A DNA stretch of 64,000 bases, from positions 128,001 through 192,000 of the forward strand of contig JBFLYH010000003.1 in the NCBI GenBank assembly GCA_040756875.1, in the 5' to 3' direction. The stretch comes from a candidate division FCPU426 bacterium. Lineage in GTDB: Bacteria; Oederibacteriota; JAAXVQ01; JAUVAV01. Under the pieces are notes generated by a model. It did no database searches. It worked only from the letters and a program-made list of their open reading frames with translations, and was not told where the DNA came from. Both the position numbers and the translations under genes were made by a program. Position 1 is the first letter of the stretch; each line of letters opens with the position of its first letter. This document shows, one piece after another, positions 23,415-31,952 of the stretch.

Positions 23415-23662
23415 GCTGCTCCTCCGTTTTCGGGTTTGCCTACCGGTTCGGCGCCGTTTAAGCGCAGCAATTCCTTGATTCCTCGGATATGGATGCCGCG
23501 GCCCGAGTATTCCCTGATTTTTTTGAGCCGCTGCAGGTCATAGGTGGAATACACCCGCACCTGGCCGATGCGATTGGGCCGGATCAGGCCCTGGCGTTCC
23601 CAATTGCGGAGTGTCTGCGTGTGGACATTGAGCATTTTGGCCACTTCGCCGATGGATCTCAT
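23411..23662 (-). CDS. Small MerR-family HTH regulator
   Basis: SIGEVAKMLNVHTQTLRNWERQGLIRP.R....RVYS; ATG 8 nt after AGGAG. Confidence 0.9.
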   Translation of the reverse strand: MRSIGEVAKMLNVHTQTLRNWERQGLIRPNRIGQVRVYSTYDLQRLKKIREYSGRGIHIRGIKELLRLNGAEPVGKPENGGAA

Positions 23663-23759
23663 GATCATCACTCCTTTTAAAATGATAATGAATAGTGTTT
23701 GTAATAAGCTTTTGGTATCAATAGTCTCGATTGTTTTTGTCAACAACTTAACAAAACTA

Positions 23760-23788
23760 ATTATATCAACTAACAGATTTTTTGTCAA
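23760..23788 (-). promoter_or_regulatory. Consensus sigma70 promoter for the merR-comFB-(giant protein) direction
   Basis: Perfect TTGACA-N17-TATAAT with a TGn extended -10 in an AT-rich intergenic region. Confidence 0.8.
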
Positions 23789-23985
23789 TTTTAGTGGAGT
23801 TATTTTAATCATTTGCTGCACCATTAAACCATTATTTTTAAAGGGTTTTTAGTAATCTCTTTTAAATCCAACAAAAAACCTGCTTCATACTTTATAGACT
23901 TTCTTTCCTACAATATAGGTTCCGGTTTTTCTTAACAAAACGCTTATCCTGCCGTAACTAATCCAGTGAATCCATAGGGAGACAA

Positions 23986-26328
23986 ATGCCCATGAAAAAA
24001 ACCTTATTGTTCTCGTTTCTATGCCTCCTGGCCTGGCAGCCTGCGCTGAGCCTGGCTTCCATGATCGACGCCCAGCCCCAGCCGGTCGGGTTCGACGGCC
24101 AGCGCTACAGCGCCTCGTCCCGCTACAATGTCGTGGCGCGCGTGGAACTGACTGCCGATGCCTCGGGCGGCACGCTCAATTCCATCTTCTTCTACAACGA
24201 CTTGCACGCCCTGGCGGCCGAGGAAGGCCTGGACATCGTGTCCGGCAGCACCCGGCTGTGGTACGCCTATCCGGACACCGGGAGCCTCAACACCACCACG
24301 GCCCAGCTGGTCGGGACCTTCACCTACTACTCCCCCACGTTCTGGGAGCTGGTGTCCCTGAACCAATGGGTCCGCGACAGCGGCTGCCTGTATGTGACCG
24401 TGGACATTACAGCCGGGCCGCGCGAGAACGCCATTTGCGCGTTCTACACCAAGGCCTACGAAATGGAATTCGACAATTATTCCTTCACCGCCCCCAGCAG
24501 CGACTCGCCCGCCTCTCCGCCCGCGATTTACCTCACCTCCTACACCGCGCCCACGCAGCTGGACGCTTCCGCAAGCAAGCTGCACCCCCCGACCGTGTCC
24601 ACGGGGCAGACCGCCACTTTCCTGGAATTCACGCTGGACAACGTGGGCGGCGGCCTGACCGGGCCCGTGTTTCTCAGCGGCCTGACCGTCACGGTGCGTG
24701 ACCAGGGCGGCGCCGTGCTCGCGCCCAACCAGCTGTTCGACAGCCTGGGCCTGCGCGACAGCGTGACCGACGCGGTGCTGTCCTTCGTGGCCGCGCCGCC
24801 GTCCGCAGCCACGGGCGTGTACTTCCCGCTCGCGGTCTCAATATCCGCGGCCGTGGACCGCAGGCTCAAGCTGTTCGGCACGGTCACGTCCAACACGGCC
24901 ACGGCCGTGGCGTTCCGCCTGGGCTGGGAGCAGGCGGCTGACGCCGACGCCCGGTACCTGTACACCGGCGCGCCGGTCACCGTGGCGCCGGCTTCGGGGT
25001 TCGCTTTCCCCCTGCAGACCGACCTGATCCCCGTGCAGCTGGCCGCCTCGCAGCTGCAGGTGTACCACACGCCGGGCCTGCCCGACCAAACCGTGGTCCT
25101 GCGCGGCGACACCAACGTCGCGCCCGTTTACTTCACGTTCCTCAATCCGGGCACCACCGGCACGTCGCGCGTGGATGTCACGCACCTGACCCTGACGGTC
25201 ACGGACGGGTCGGGCAACACCCTGTCGCCGGCCTCGGTCTTCACGCGCGTGGCCGTGACCGGCAGCCTGCTGTACGGCGAAATCACGTCCCTGCCCGCCA
25301 CGGGCAGCGACATCACCATTTCCCTGAGCAACAGCTACATCGGCGTGCCGGTGTACCAGCCGGTCACGGTCACCGTGCAGGCGGACATCCATCCCACGGC
25401 CAACACCGTGGCCTTCAGGCTGCAACTGGCCGGTTCCGGCGCCGTGGTGGCGCAGGACGCCAACACCCTGCAGGGCGTGCCCGTGGTGGCGGCGTTCGCC
25501 TCGGACCCGTTCCCCATGATCTCTCCCACCGTGCGCCTGGCCAGTTCTTTCCTGGTCACCAGCCAGTCCCTGGCGCCGGCCACGCTGTATCCCGGCCAGC
25601 AGACCGCCCTGCTGGACCTGACGTTCACGCATCCCGGGCCCGCGGACCTCGGGCCCCTGGTCCTGCTCGGCCTGACCCTGACCAGCCGGGACCAAAACCA
25701 GAACCCCGTGATCCTCTCGGCTGTGTGCAGCGAGGTCCTGCTGCGCGCGGCGGACAACACCCTCCTCGGCCAGGCGGCTCCGCCCGCGGCCGGGAGCCAG
25801 GTGTTCCTGGCCGTGCCCGCGCTGTCCGTGGCGCCCTTTGCCTCGGCGCGCGTCCGCGTGGAAGTGAAGCTGCTCAGCCAGCCGCAGGCCGGCACGTTCA
25901 GCCTGGGCCTGGAAGCCGCGGCCTCGGTCAGCGTCACCCAGCCGCTCGATCCCACGCGGCCGGTGTACGTGTCCGCTAGCTGGCCCCTGTTCTCCGCGGC
26001 GGCGGCCGTGGGCGGCGGCGAAGGCAGGCTGCGCCTGGCGAATTACCCCAATCCCTTCGGCGCGGGCCGGGAAAGCACGCGGATCGCGTATTACCTGGCC
26101 TCGCCTTCCACGGTCACGGCCGTGCTCTACACCCTGGCCGGCGACCAGGTCTGCACCCTGGCCCAGGGCGCCTACCAGGCGGCCGGCGAGCAGGTGCTGG
26201 TGTGGAACGGCCGCACGGCCAGCGGCGCGGTGGTGAGGAACGGCGTTTACCTTCTGCGCTTGGAGGCAGTGCCCGCGGCTGACGGCAGCGCGGTCATCCA
26301 AGTCCGCAAAGTGGCGGTGGTGAAATGA
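23986..26328 (+). CDS. Secreted beta-rich protein with FlgD-Ig/T9SS-like C-terminal domain
   Basis: Signal peptide; internally repeated beta domains; NYPNPF...YTLAGD...WNGRT..G..VRNGVYL...KVAVVK. Confidence 0.8.
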   Translation: MPMKKTLLFSFLCLLAWQPALSLASMIDAQPQPVGFDGQRYSASSRYNVVARVELTADASGGTLNSIFFYNDLHALAAEEGLDIVSGSTRLWYAYPDTGSLNTTTAQLVGTFTYYSPTFWELVSLNQWVRDSGCLYVTVDITAGPRENAICAFYTKAYEMEFDNYSFTAPSSDSPASPPAIYLTSYTAPTQLDASASKLHPPTVSTGQTATFLEFTLDNVGGGLTGPVFLSGLTVTVRDQGGAVLAPNQLFDSLGLRDSVTDAVLSFVAAPPSAATGVYFPLAVSISAAVDRRLKLFGTVTSNTATAVAFRLGWEQAADADARYLYTGAPVTVAPASGFAFPLQTDLIPVQLAASQLQVYHTPGLPDQTVVLRGDTNVAPVYFTFLNPGTTGTSRVDVTHLTLTVTDGSGNTLSPASVFTRVAVTGSLLYGEITSLPATGSDITISLSNSYIGVPVYQPVTVTVQADIHPTANTVAFRLQLAGSGAVVAQDANTLQGVPVVAAFASDPFPMISPTVRLASSFLVTSQSLAPATLYPGQQTALLDLTFTHPGPADLGPLVLLGLTLTSRDQNQNPVILSAVCSEVLLRAADNTLLGQAAPPAAGSQVFLAVPALSVAPFASARVRVEVKLLSQPQAGTFSLGLEAAASVSVTQPLDPTRPVYVSASWPLFSAAAAVGGGEGRLRLANYPNPFGAGRESTRIAYYLASPSTVTAVLYTLAGDQVCTLAQGAYQAAGEQVLVWNGRTASGAVVRNGVYLLRLEAVPAADGSAVIQVRKVAVVK

Positions 26329-28055
26329 TGAAGCCTCTCCTTCTCATTGGTTTGGGCCTGGGATTGACGCTGGCCGCGCCGCAGGTTGCGCCTGCCGGCC
26401 AGGACGCGGGCAGCGACTCGGTGCTGGAAATGGGAGCCGGCGCGCGGGCCGTGGCCATGGGCCGCACGGGCGTGGTCGAGGACCAGTCCGCCTATGCCGC
26501 GCAGTGGAACCCCGGCAGCCTGGGCTTCCTGCCCAGGCCGGCGGCGGCCGTGCAGCACGCGGCCCTGTTCGGCGACGCCAGGCACGAAAGCCTGGCCGTG
26601 GTTTATCCCACCCTGGATTACGGCACGTTCTCCCTGATCCTCATGCGCCTGGACCTGGCCGGCGTCGAAGGCCGGGACGCGGACAACCTTCCGACCGGCG
26701 AATTTTCCTTCGTGGAGCAGCAGGCTTCCCTGGGCTACGGCTACCCGGTGTGGGGGCCCTTGTCCCTGGGCGCGGCGCTCAAGGTGCACGACCTGCGCCT
26801 GGCCGGTTACGCGGGCACGGGCGTGGGCGTGGATGCCGGCGCACTGGCCCGCTTCCCCCTGGAAACCGTGTGGCTCGAGGAAGTGGCCGTGGCCGCGGCC
26901 TGCCGCAACCTGGTCGGGCCGTCCCTGCGCCTGCACCAGGAAACCGATCGCCTGCCGGCCGGCTACCGCGCGGGCGCGGCTGCGCGCTTCTCGTTCATCG
27001 ACTCGATCCCCGACTCCCTGTGGGTGCGGGCCGAGGCGGAAAAAGGCGAGCAATCCGACTGGCGCCTGCACGCGGGCGTGGAGTACAGCCTGTACGACAG
27101 CGTGGCCGTGCGCGGCGGCTGGGACCAGGAATATTTTTCCGCCGGCGCAGGCGTGACCTACGCGGGCTTCAGCCTGGACTACGCGGTCAGCTTTCCGGTC
27201 CTGGGCCTGCGCCATTTGGTGACCCTGTCCGTGGCCCTGGGCAAGGACATGGCCGCCCAGCGCGCCGAGCGGACCTCGCAGGAAGAAAAGCGGCGCCAGG
27301 AAATCGTGGCCAACCTGCAGAAGAAGATCATTGCGGACTACCGGCGCCAGGCCCAGGCCAGCGCGGCCAAGCGCGACTTCAGCGAGGCGGCCAAGGGTTG
27401 GGAAAAGATCCTGGATTGGGACCCGAACGACGCCGAGGCCCGCGAGCAGCTGGCCGTGGCCCAGCGCGAAATCATCCGCCAGCAAAACGCGCAGGACATC
27501 CAGGACGCGCAGGAGCAAATGCGCAAGCAGGAGTACATCGACGTGCTGGTTTCCTGCCAGCAGGTGCTGGAGCGCGATCCTGAAAACGAAATCGCCAAGG
27601 CCCTGTACGACCAGGCCGAGAAAAAGGCCTCGCGCCTGGGCAGTTACTCCCTCAACACCAACTTCAAGCAGCTGGAAAACATCCGCGAGGAGTACCAGCT
27701 GGGCTTGAAGGCCTATACCCAGCGCCGGTTCAGCGAAGCCATCACGCACTGGGAAAAGGTCATCGAAACCACGCCCCTGCAGAAGCAGGTGTACCGCTAC
27801 CTGCAGAGCGCCCGGCAGCGCGTGCTCGCGGCCCAGGAGAAAAAGACCGCCCCAACCGCGCCGGCCGAGCCCACCAAGCAGCAGAAGCTGTACAAGGAAG
27901 CGGTCGAGCAGTCGCGCAACGGCAACCTGAAAGCCGCGGTGCGGACGTGGGAAAAACTGGTCAAGGAGAACCCCGAGGACCAGGACGCCAAGCAGAATTT
28001 CGAGGAGACGAGGAAGAACCTGATCGACAGCCAGAAGAAAGGGATCAGCTGGTAG
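26325..28055 (+). CDS. PorV/PorQ-like beta-barrel with C-terminal TPR repeats
   Basis: GAGARAVAMG...A..WNPGSL; helical WEKIL.WDP.D.EA repeats. Confidence 0.75.
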   Translation: MMKPLLLIGLGLGLTLAAPQVAPAGQDAGSDSVLEMGAGARAVAMGRTGVVEDQSAYAAQWNPGSLGFLPRPAAAVQHAALFGDARHESLAVVYPTLDYGTFSLILMRLDLAGVEGRDADNLPTGEFSFVEQQASLGYGYPVWGPLSLGAALKVHDLRLAGYAGTGVGVDAGALARFPLETVWLEEVAVAAACRNLVGPSLRLHQETDRLPAGYRAGAAARFSFIDSIPDSLWVRAEAEKGEQSDWRLHAGVEYSLYDSVAVRGGWDQEYFSAGAGVTYAGFSLDYAVSFPVLGLRHLVTLSVALGKDMAAQRAERTSQEEKRRQEIVANLQKKIIADYRRQAQASAAKRDFSEAAKGWEKILDWDPNDAEAREQLAVAQREIIRQQNAQDIQDAQEQMRKQEYIDVLVSCQQVLERDPENEIAKALYDQAEKKASRLGSYSLNTNFKQLENIREEYQLGLKAYTQRRFSEAITHWEKVIETTPLQKQVYRYLQSARQRVLAAQEKKTAPTAPAEPTKQQKLYKEAVEQSRNGNLKAAVRTWEKLVKENPEDQDAKQNFEETRKNLIDSQKKGISW

Positions 28056-28071
28056 GAGGGTAGCAAAAACC

Positions 28072-28110
28072 AAAGGGGACAGCAGGCATTCAGCCTGCTG
28101 TCCCCTTTTT
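28072..28110. terminator. Bidirectional intrinsic terminator
   Basis: AAAGGGGACAGCAGGC-ATTCA-GCCTGCTGTCCCCTTTTT between convergent genes. Confidence 0.85.
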
Positions 28111-28126
28111 CATTTCCCGGCCCGGT

Positions 28127-28543
28127 TCACAGCTTCGCGGCAAACTCCTCGAAGGCTGCGTCAGGCTGGGGCCCGCGAAATTTGAATATAGCGGCCACCC
28201 GGCCGCCGTGACTGGACACCGTCTCGGCCATTTTTTTCAGAGACGAGCCCACGGCCAGCTTGTAGGTGCAGAAGAGCGCCACCTTTTTCCCCGCCAGGTC
28301 AGGCAGGGTCCGGGCAAACTGCCGGAAGGGTTTGCTGGGCTGCTGCAAAATGATGAACAGCCCGCTGATCCAGCACCCCAGGAAAAGCATGTCCGCCCGC
28401 TTCAAGGCCGCGGGATCAGCGGCCTGCACGTCCACCGCTGAGCATTGATGGCCTTTAGCCTTCAGGATGTTGGCCATGGCTTCCGCGGCTTTTTTGGTGA
28501 TGCCGGTCTTGCTGTCGTACACGATCGAGATGTTCATGCGCAA
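28127..28543 (-). CDS. Flavodoxin-like protein
   Basis: IVYDSKTGITKKAAEAMA, LAGKKVALFCT. Confidence 0.8.
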   Translation of the reverse strand: MRMNISIVYDSKTGITKKAAEAMANILKAKGHQCSAVDVQAADPAALKRADMLFLGCWISGLFIILQQPSKPFRQFARTLPDLAGKKVALFCTYKLAVGSSLKKMAETVSSHGGRVAAIFKFRGPQPDAAFEEFAAKL

Positions 28544-28672
28544 CCCCTCCTCCTGGTTTTAAGTGGGTTGTATTGTACCATAGTCCAGCCGGCTGGAAGG
28601 CAAGACTGCGCTTGGCCGTGCCATTCGGACATCCAACCAACGTCCCCCATTATTCCGGCCCCATGCGCCGGT

Positions 28673-29251
28673 TCAGAATTGCGCCTTGACCCTCCAGCGG
28701 GATTCCTGTTTCAGATGATAATCCCGCGGTGTTTCGATGGCCAGGATCTTCCCGCGGGCATACTCCACCAGCGCCGTAAAGTAGCCCGCCAGGTATTCCT
28801 TGCGCACCTCGCTGAATTCGGGGAAATCGCGCACCACAAAATCGCAGGTCATGAACCGGTTTTCCATTTTATAATTTTCAATCACGGCCACGCCCTGGTC
28901 ATTGTATTGGCGCCAGATTTTCGCCACGCGGTTGAGGACAAACTCCATGCTCGCCATGCGAAAAAATATTCTATACACGCCTTTGATTTCGCAATTGGCG
29001 ATGGCCTTGCCCAATTCCCTGACAGGCTTGGCGGCTTCTGGGAAGAGCATCCGGGCCGCGACATAAAAAATGCTTTTTTCGCCTGAACTGGTGTCATCTT
29101 CAACGCGCGTCACGGCCAGGGCGTTGAGATAGACCTCTTTTTCCTTGGGCAGCAATTTTTCCAAAAAAACCTGCTCGAACTCGGGACCGCGGGCCCGGAT
29201 CAATTCCCGCATGCTGACGAACGGCGCCCCTTTAAAGCTGGTCGCGGACAT
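28673..29251 (-). CDS. Hypothetical protein (possibly DUF2378-like ligand-binding fold)
   Basis: ATG after GGAGGAG; KG..F...R, W.QY.D.G pattern. Confidence 0.55.
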   Translation of the reverse strand: MSATSFKGAPFVSMRELIRARGPEFEQVFLEKLLPKEKEVYLNALAVTRVEDDTSSGEKSIFYVAARMLFPEAAKPVRELGKAIANCEIKGVYRIFFRMASMEFVLNRVAKIWRQYNDQGVAVIENYKMENRFMTCDFVVRDFPEFSEVRKEYLAGYFTALVEYARGKILAIETPRDYHLKQESRWRVKAQF

Positions 29252-29483
29252 GGCAGCTCCTCCCACCGGCAGATGGCGTTATTATACCACCAAACCCGCA
29301 AGGGATATGGATGTCTGCCATAAAGGAATGCGCCTCCGGCAGCAGGGATCACTGCAGGAGAAAAACCAATTGACGGTTGAAAAAGGCGGATATAGAATCG
29401 CATTGAAATTTGATTTTTATCAAGTGACCAGGCCCCTGAAGCGCCATTCACTAGTCTCACTTTAACGAAGGACTCTCATTATC

Positions 29484-30665
29484 ATGCTGCGGCTTATCGG
29501 GTGGTTCATCTACTATGTGCTGTTATGGCCGTGGCGCCTGGCAGGGCTTTTCGTCAAGTACCCCGACCTTTCCCGGCTCTATCGTTTCCCCTTCGGCGTC
29601 TTCGAGGCCCCTAATGTCGTGATCGAGCCCACCGCCGCATGCAATCTCAGGTGCGTGGACTGCTACCGGGGGAGCAACCTCCCGGACAAGCAGCATGCCG
29701 TGATGACCTTGCCGGAGATCAAAAAGTACGTCGACGACGCCCTGGCCCTCCGTAACTTCCATACCCTCTCCATCCTCGGCGGCGAACCGCTCCTCTACGA
29801 CCAGCTCGACGAAGTCATTGCCTATGCCGCGGGCAAGTGCGGCAGCGTGGGCATGTATACCAATGGCGTGCTGCTCGACGAGCAGCGGGCCCGGAAGCTC
29901 AAGGCGGCCGGGCTGGGCAGCTGTTACATCCACGTCGACCGGCATCAAGGCCGCGGGTCCGACGAGGATCAGATCATGCGCCTCCGGCAGCAGTACTGCG
30001 ACATGTTCCGCGCCCTGGGCGGCGTCAACCTCAGCCTCGGCGTCACCTTCCACCGGGAGGACTTGCCCTACCTCGATCAGATGGTCAGCCTGACGCGGCA
30101 AAACGCCGATGTGGTGAAAGTCGTGGGGCTCAGTTTGGTGGGGGCTTCTTATTTGCCGCGGTCCACGCAGCTGTCCACCTTCATCCATTTTCTCAAAGAG
30201 AGCGATCAGGTCGACCTCTTCCAGCGGCAGATGATCAAGCGCATCCAGGAGGCTTTTGGCATTGAATATTCCGCCTATTTGGGCAGCAAGTTCCGCCCGA
30301 AAGTGCCGGGCAAGATCGTGGCGCTCAGCGCCTACCGGCAGGGAAAGCTGCTCGGCTCAATGACAGGCGAGGAATTCAAGGCTGCCACTGACGCCTATTT
30401 CCAGGAACACGGCAAGTACCCCTACGTGCTGAGCCGCGAGGGGTTCAGCGCCATAGGGTCTCATTGCCGCCGGTTTGGCGACAATGTCGACTGGCAGTTA
30501 GTGGCGGTCTCGTTAAGCCCGCTTCTGCTGCCCGAACTGGCGGTGAATGTTTGCCATACGTGCATGGACTGCGTGCTCTATCAGGGCCATTTCGTCCCTA
30601 TGTGCGTGCTGGAGCATGTCAAACAGGACAATCCGGTGGTGCTTAACAGCGTGCGCTATTGGTGA
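29484..30665 (+). CDS. Radical SAM protein
   Basis: CNLRCVDC (CxxxCxxC), GGEPLL, YTNG; C-terminal CHTCMDC. Confidence 0.9.
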   Translation: MLRLIGWFIYYVLLWPWRLAGLFVKYPDLSRLYRFPFGVFEAPNVVIEPTAACNLRCVDCYRGSNLPDKQHAVMTLPEIKKYVDDALALRNFHTLSILGGEPLLYDQLDEVIAYAAGKCGSVGMYTNGVLLDEQRARKLKAAGLGSCYIHVDRHQGRGSDEDQIMRLRQQYCDMFRALGGVNLSLGVTFHREDLPYLDQMVSLTRQNADVVKVVGLSLVGASYLPRSTQLSTFIHFLKESDQVDLFQRQMIKRIQEAFGIEYSAYLGSKFRPKVPGKIVALSAYRQGKLLGSMTGEEFKAATDAYFQEHGKYPYVLSREGFSAIGSHCRRFGDNVDWQLVAVSLSPLLLPELAVNVCHTCMDCVLYQGHFVPMCVLEHVKQDNPVVLNSVRYW

Positions 30666-30674
30666 GGGGTCAGG

Positions 30675-30899
30675 CTATTTATAATAGGCGACATAATAGT
30701 CCAAAACCCTGCGGATCATCTTTTGGTAATGGAATCGTTTTTTCTTCGCATGCGCCTTAAAAAATTCCACACTGGCCTTGCTGAGCGTGATCGTCACCTT
30801 GACCTGGTCGGATTTTTCCGCCAGTTTTTCGGGCGGTGGCAGAAAATCATCCACCACTTTCAGCTTCATGGGCTCATGGGTATATTTTATTTTTTTCAT
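30675..30899 (-). CDS. BrnA/CopG-type antitoxin
   Basis: DFLPPPEKL, KVTITLS...VEFFK..A....YQKMIRRVLD.Y. Confidence 0.8.
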   Translation of the reverse strand: MKKIKYTHEPMKLKVVDDFLPPPEKLAEKSDQVKVTITLSKASVEFFKAHAKKKRFHYQKMIRRVLDYYVAYYK

Positions 30900-30963
30900 G
30901 ATACACCTTCCTTCCGCGCCTCCAGTATCCCGCTCCGATGATCCTGATTTTATGATTGCGGAT
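30874..30963 (-). pseudogene. 3' remnant of a BrnT-type toxin
   Basis: Manual translation IRNHKIRIIGAGYWRRGRKVYHEKNKIYP* overlaps the antitoxin start; in-frame stop shortly upstream and no start codon. Confidence 0.7.
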
Positions 30964-31073
30964 TGATAGTGTTTTATCGATTAGACCGGGTATATTGGAT
31001 TTTCATGCGGGGATTTTGTACTGGAAGGCCTTATAGAATGGTCATTTTGACATTTAAACAACGTCCCGGTTTA

Positions 31074-31325
31074 CTATTTACTTTTTTTTCGCGGCTTTTC
31101 GGACTTCTTTATGAGGGTTGACAGGTTGGTGCCTAAGGCTTTGGCAATAAGGTTGGCGACATGCAGCGATGGAATGCGCTTTTTACGTTCCAACAGCCCG
31201 ATGGTGGTCTTGTGCACCCCGGCTATTTGGGCCAGCTTTTCCCGGGTGATTCCCTTCTCTTCCCTGATTTCCTTGATAAGCGTTAAAAACGAGGATGTAA
31301 GCGGGTCCGTATTGGGCTGATCCAC
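31074..31325 (-). CDS. XRE-family HTH regulator (controller-protein-like)
   Basis: IKEIREEKGITREKLAQIAGVHKTTIGLLERKKRIPSL. Confidence 0.85.
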   Translation of the reverse strand: MDQPNTDPLTSSFLTLIKEIREEKGITREKLAQIAGVHKTTIGLLERKKRIPSLHVANLIAKALGTNLSTLIKKSEKPRKKSK

Positions 31326-31384
31326 AAGCTTTCCTCCGGGATTAGATAAACTTAGTAAATGCTTTTACCTGGCAAATTGCTAGT

Positions 31385-31422
31385 AGACTATTGTCTTTCT
31401 GTATGCTAGGTTGACTATAGTC
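31385..31422. promoter_or_regulatory. Paired palindromic operator (C-box-like)
   Basis: AGACTATTGTCT at 31385 and GACTATAGTC at 31413, between the divergent XRE gene and a small ORF. Confidence 0.6.
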
Positions 31423-31433
31423 TTTCCCGGAGG

Positions 31434-31718
31434 ATGCCCTTGCCTTCCCAGCCCCTTCTCGATATCCATATCAGACCCGCCCCTGCCCCGGCCCCCTACA
31501 GAGCCGCTGTTGCGCAGGTGGTTTTATGTCAGAATATTTTTTTAAAGGAAATAGCGATTTTGAAATATAAGGAAGGGGTGTGGGTCCTGCTGCCAGAGCA
31601 GTTCGTAAATCGCTGCAGGAACCCAAGGGCGAAAAGGGTTTTAGAGGAGGTTGTTAGGGGGTTGGAGGGGGAGTTGAGGGAAGTAATAGTTAGCTATGTA
31701 TTTCAGGACTTCAGTTAA
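31434..31718 (+). CDS. Small hypothetical protein with weak SpoVG-like pattern
   Basis: GGAGG immediately before the ATG (atypically close); A.A.V.L...I.LKEI.I.....GVWV.LP pattern. Confidence 0.45.
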   Translation: MPLPSQPLLDIHIRPAPAPAPYRAAVAQVVLCQNIFLKEIAILKYKEGVWVLLPEQFVNRCRNPRAKRVLEEVVRGLEGELREVIVSYVFQDFS

Positions 31719-31849
31719 TTTTTCCGATGCAGCCTGACAGTTCGACCGGCAAGTGGAGTGATCGTCAGGTGAGTACCATCACTATAACCACCACTTCACA
31801 TTAGACTTAATGGGGAACATTACACAGTTCCGTTCAAACCGTTCACTTT

Positions 31850-31952
31850 ACAAATAAAAAGCAGCCCGTCCCTGCCGCTTTTGTTTTATTCCCAATGTAT
31901 ATGAGAATAAAACCCATGCATGTGTGTGATTTTATTTTAGACGGAGCATGGT
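31850..31952 (-). ncRNA. Candidate DRT3 non-coding RNA with ACACAC template loop (boundaries approximate)
   Basis: Directly after the drt3b stop: CCATGC/GCATGG stem enclosing ATCACACACAT, then a GTTTTATTCTC/GGGAATAAAAC hairpin, then an AAAAGCGGC/GCTGCTTTTT hairpin. Confidence 0.7.

Noticed and set aside
23411-23824. 137-aa version of the MerR ORF
   Set aside because: The extension runs through the promoter; the RBS supports a start at 23662
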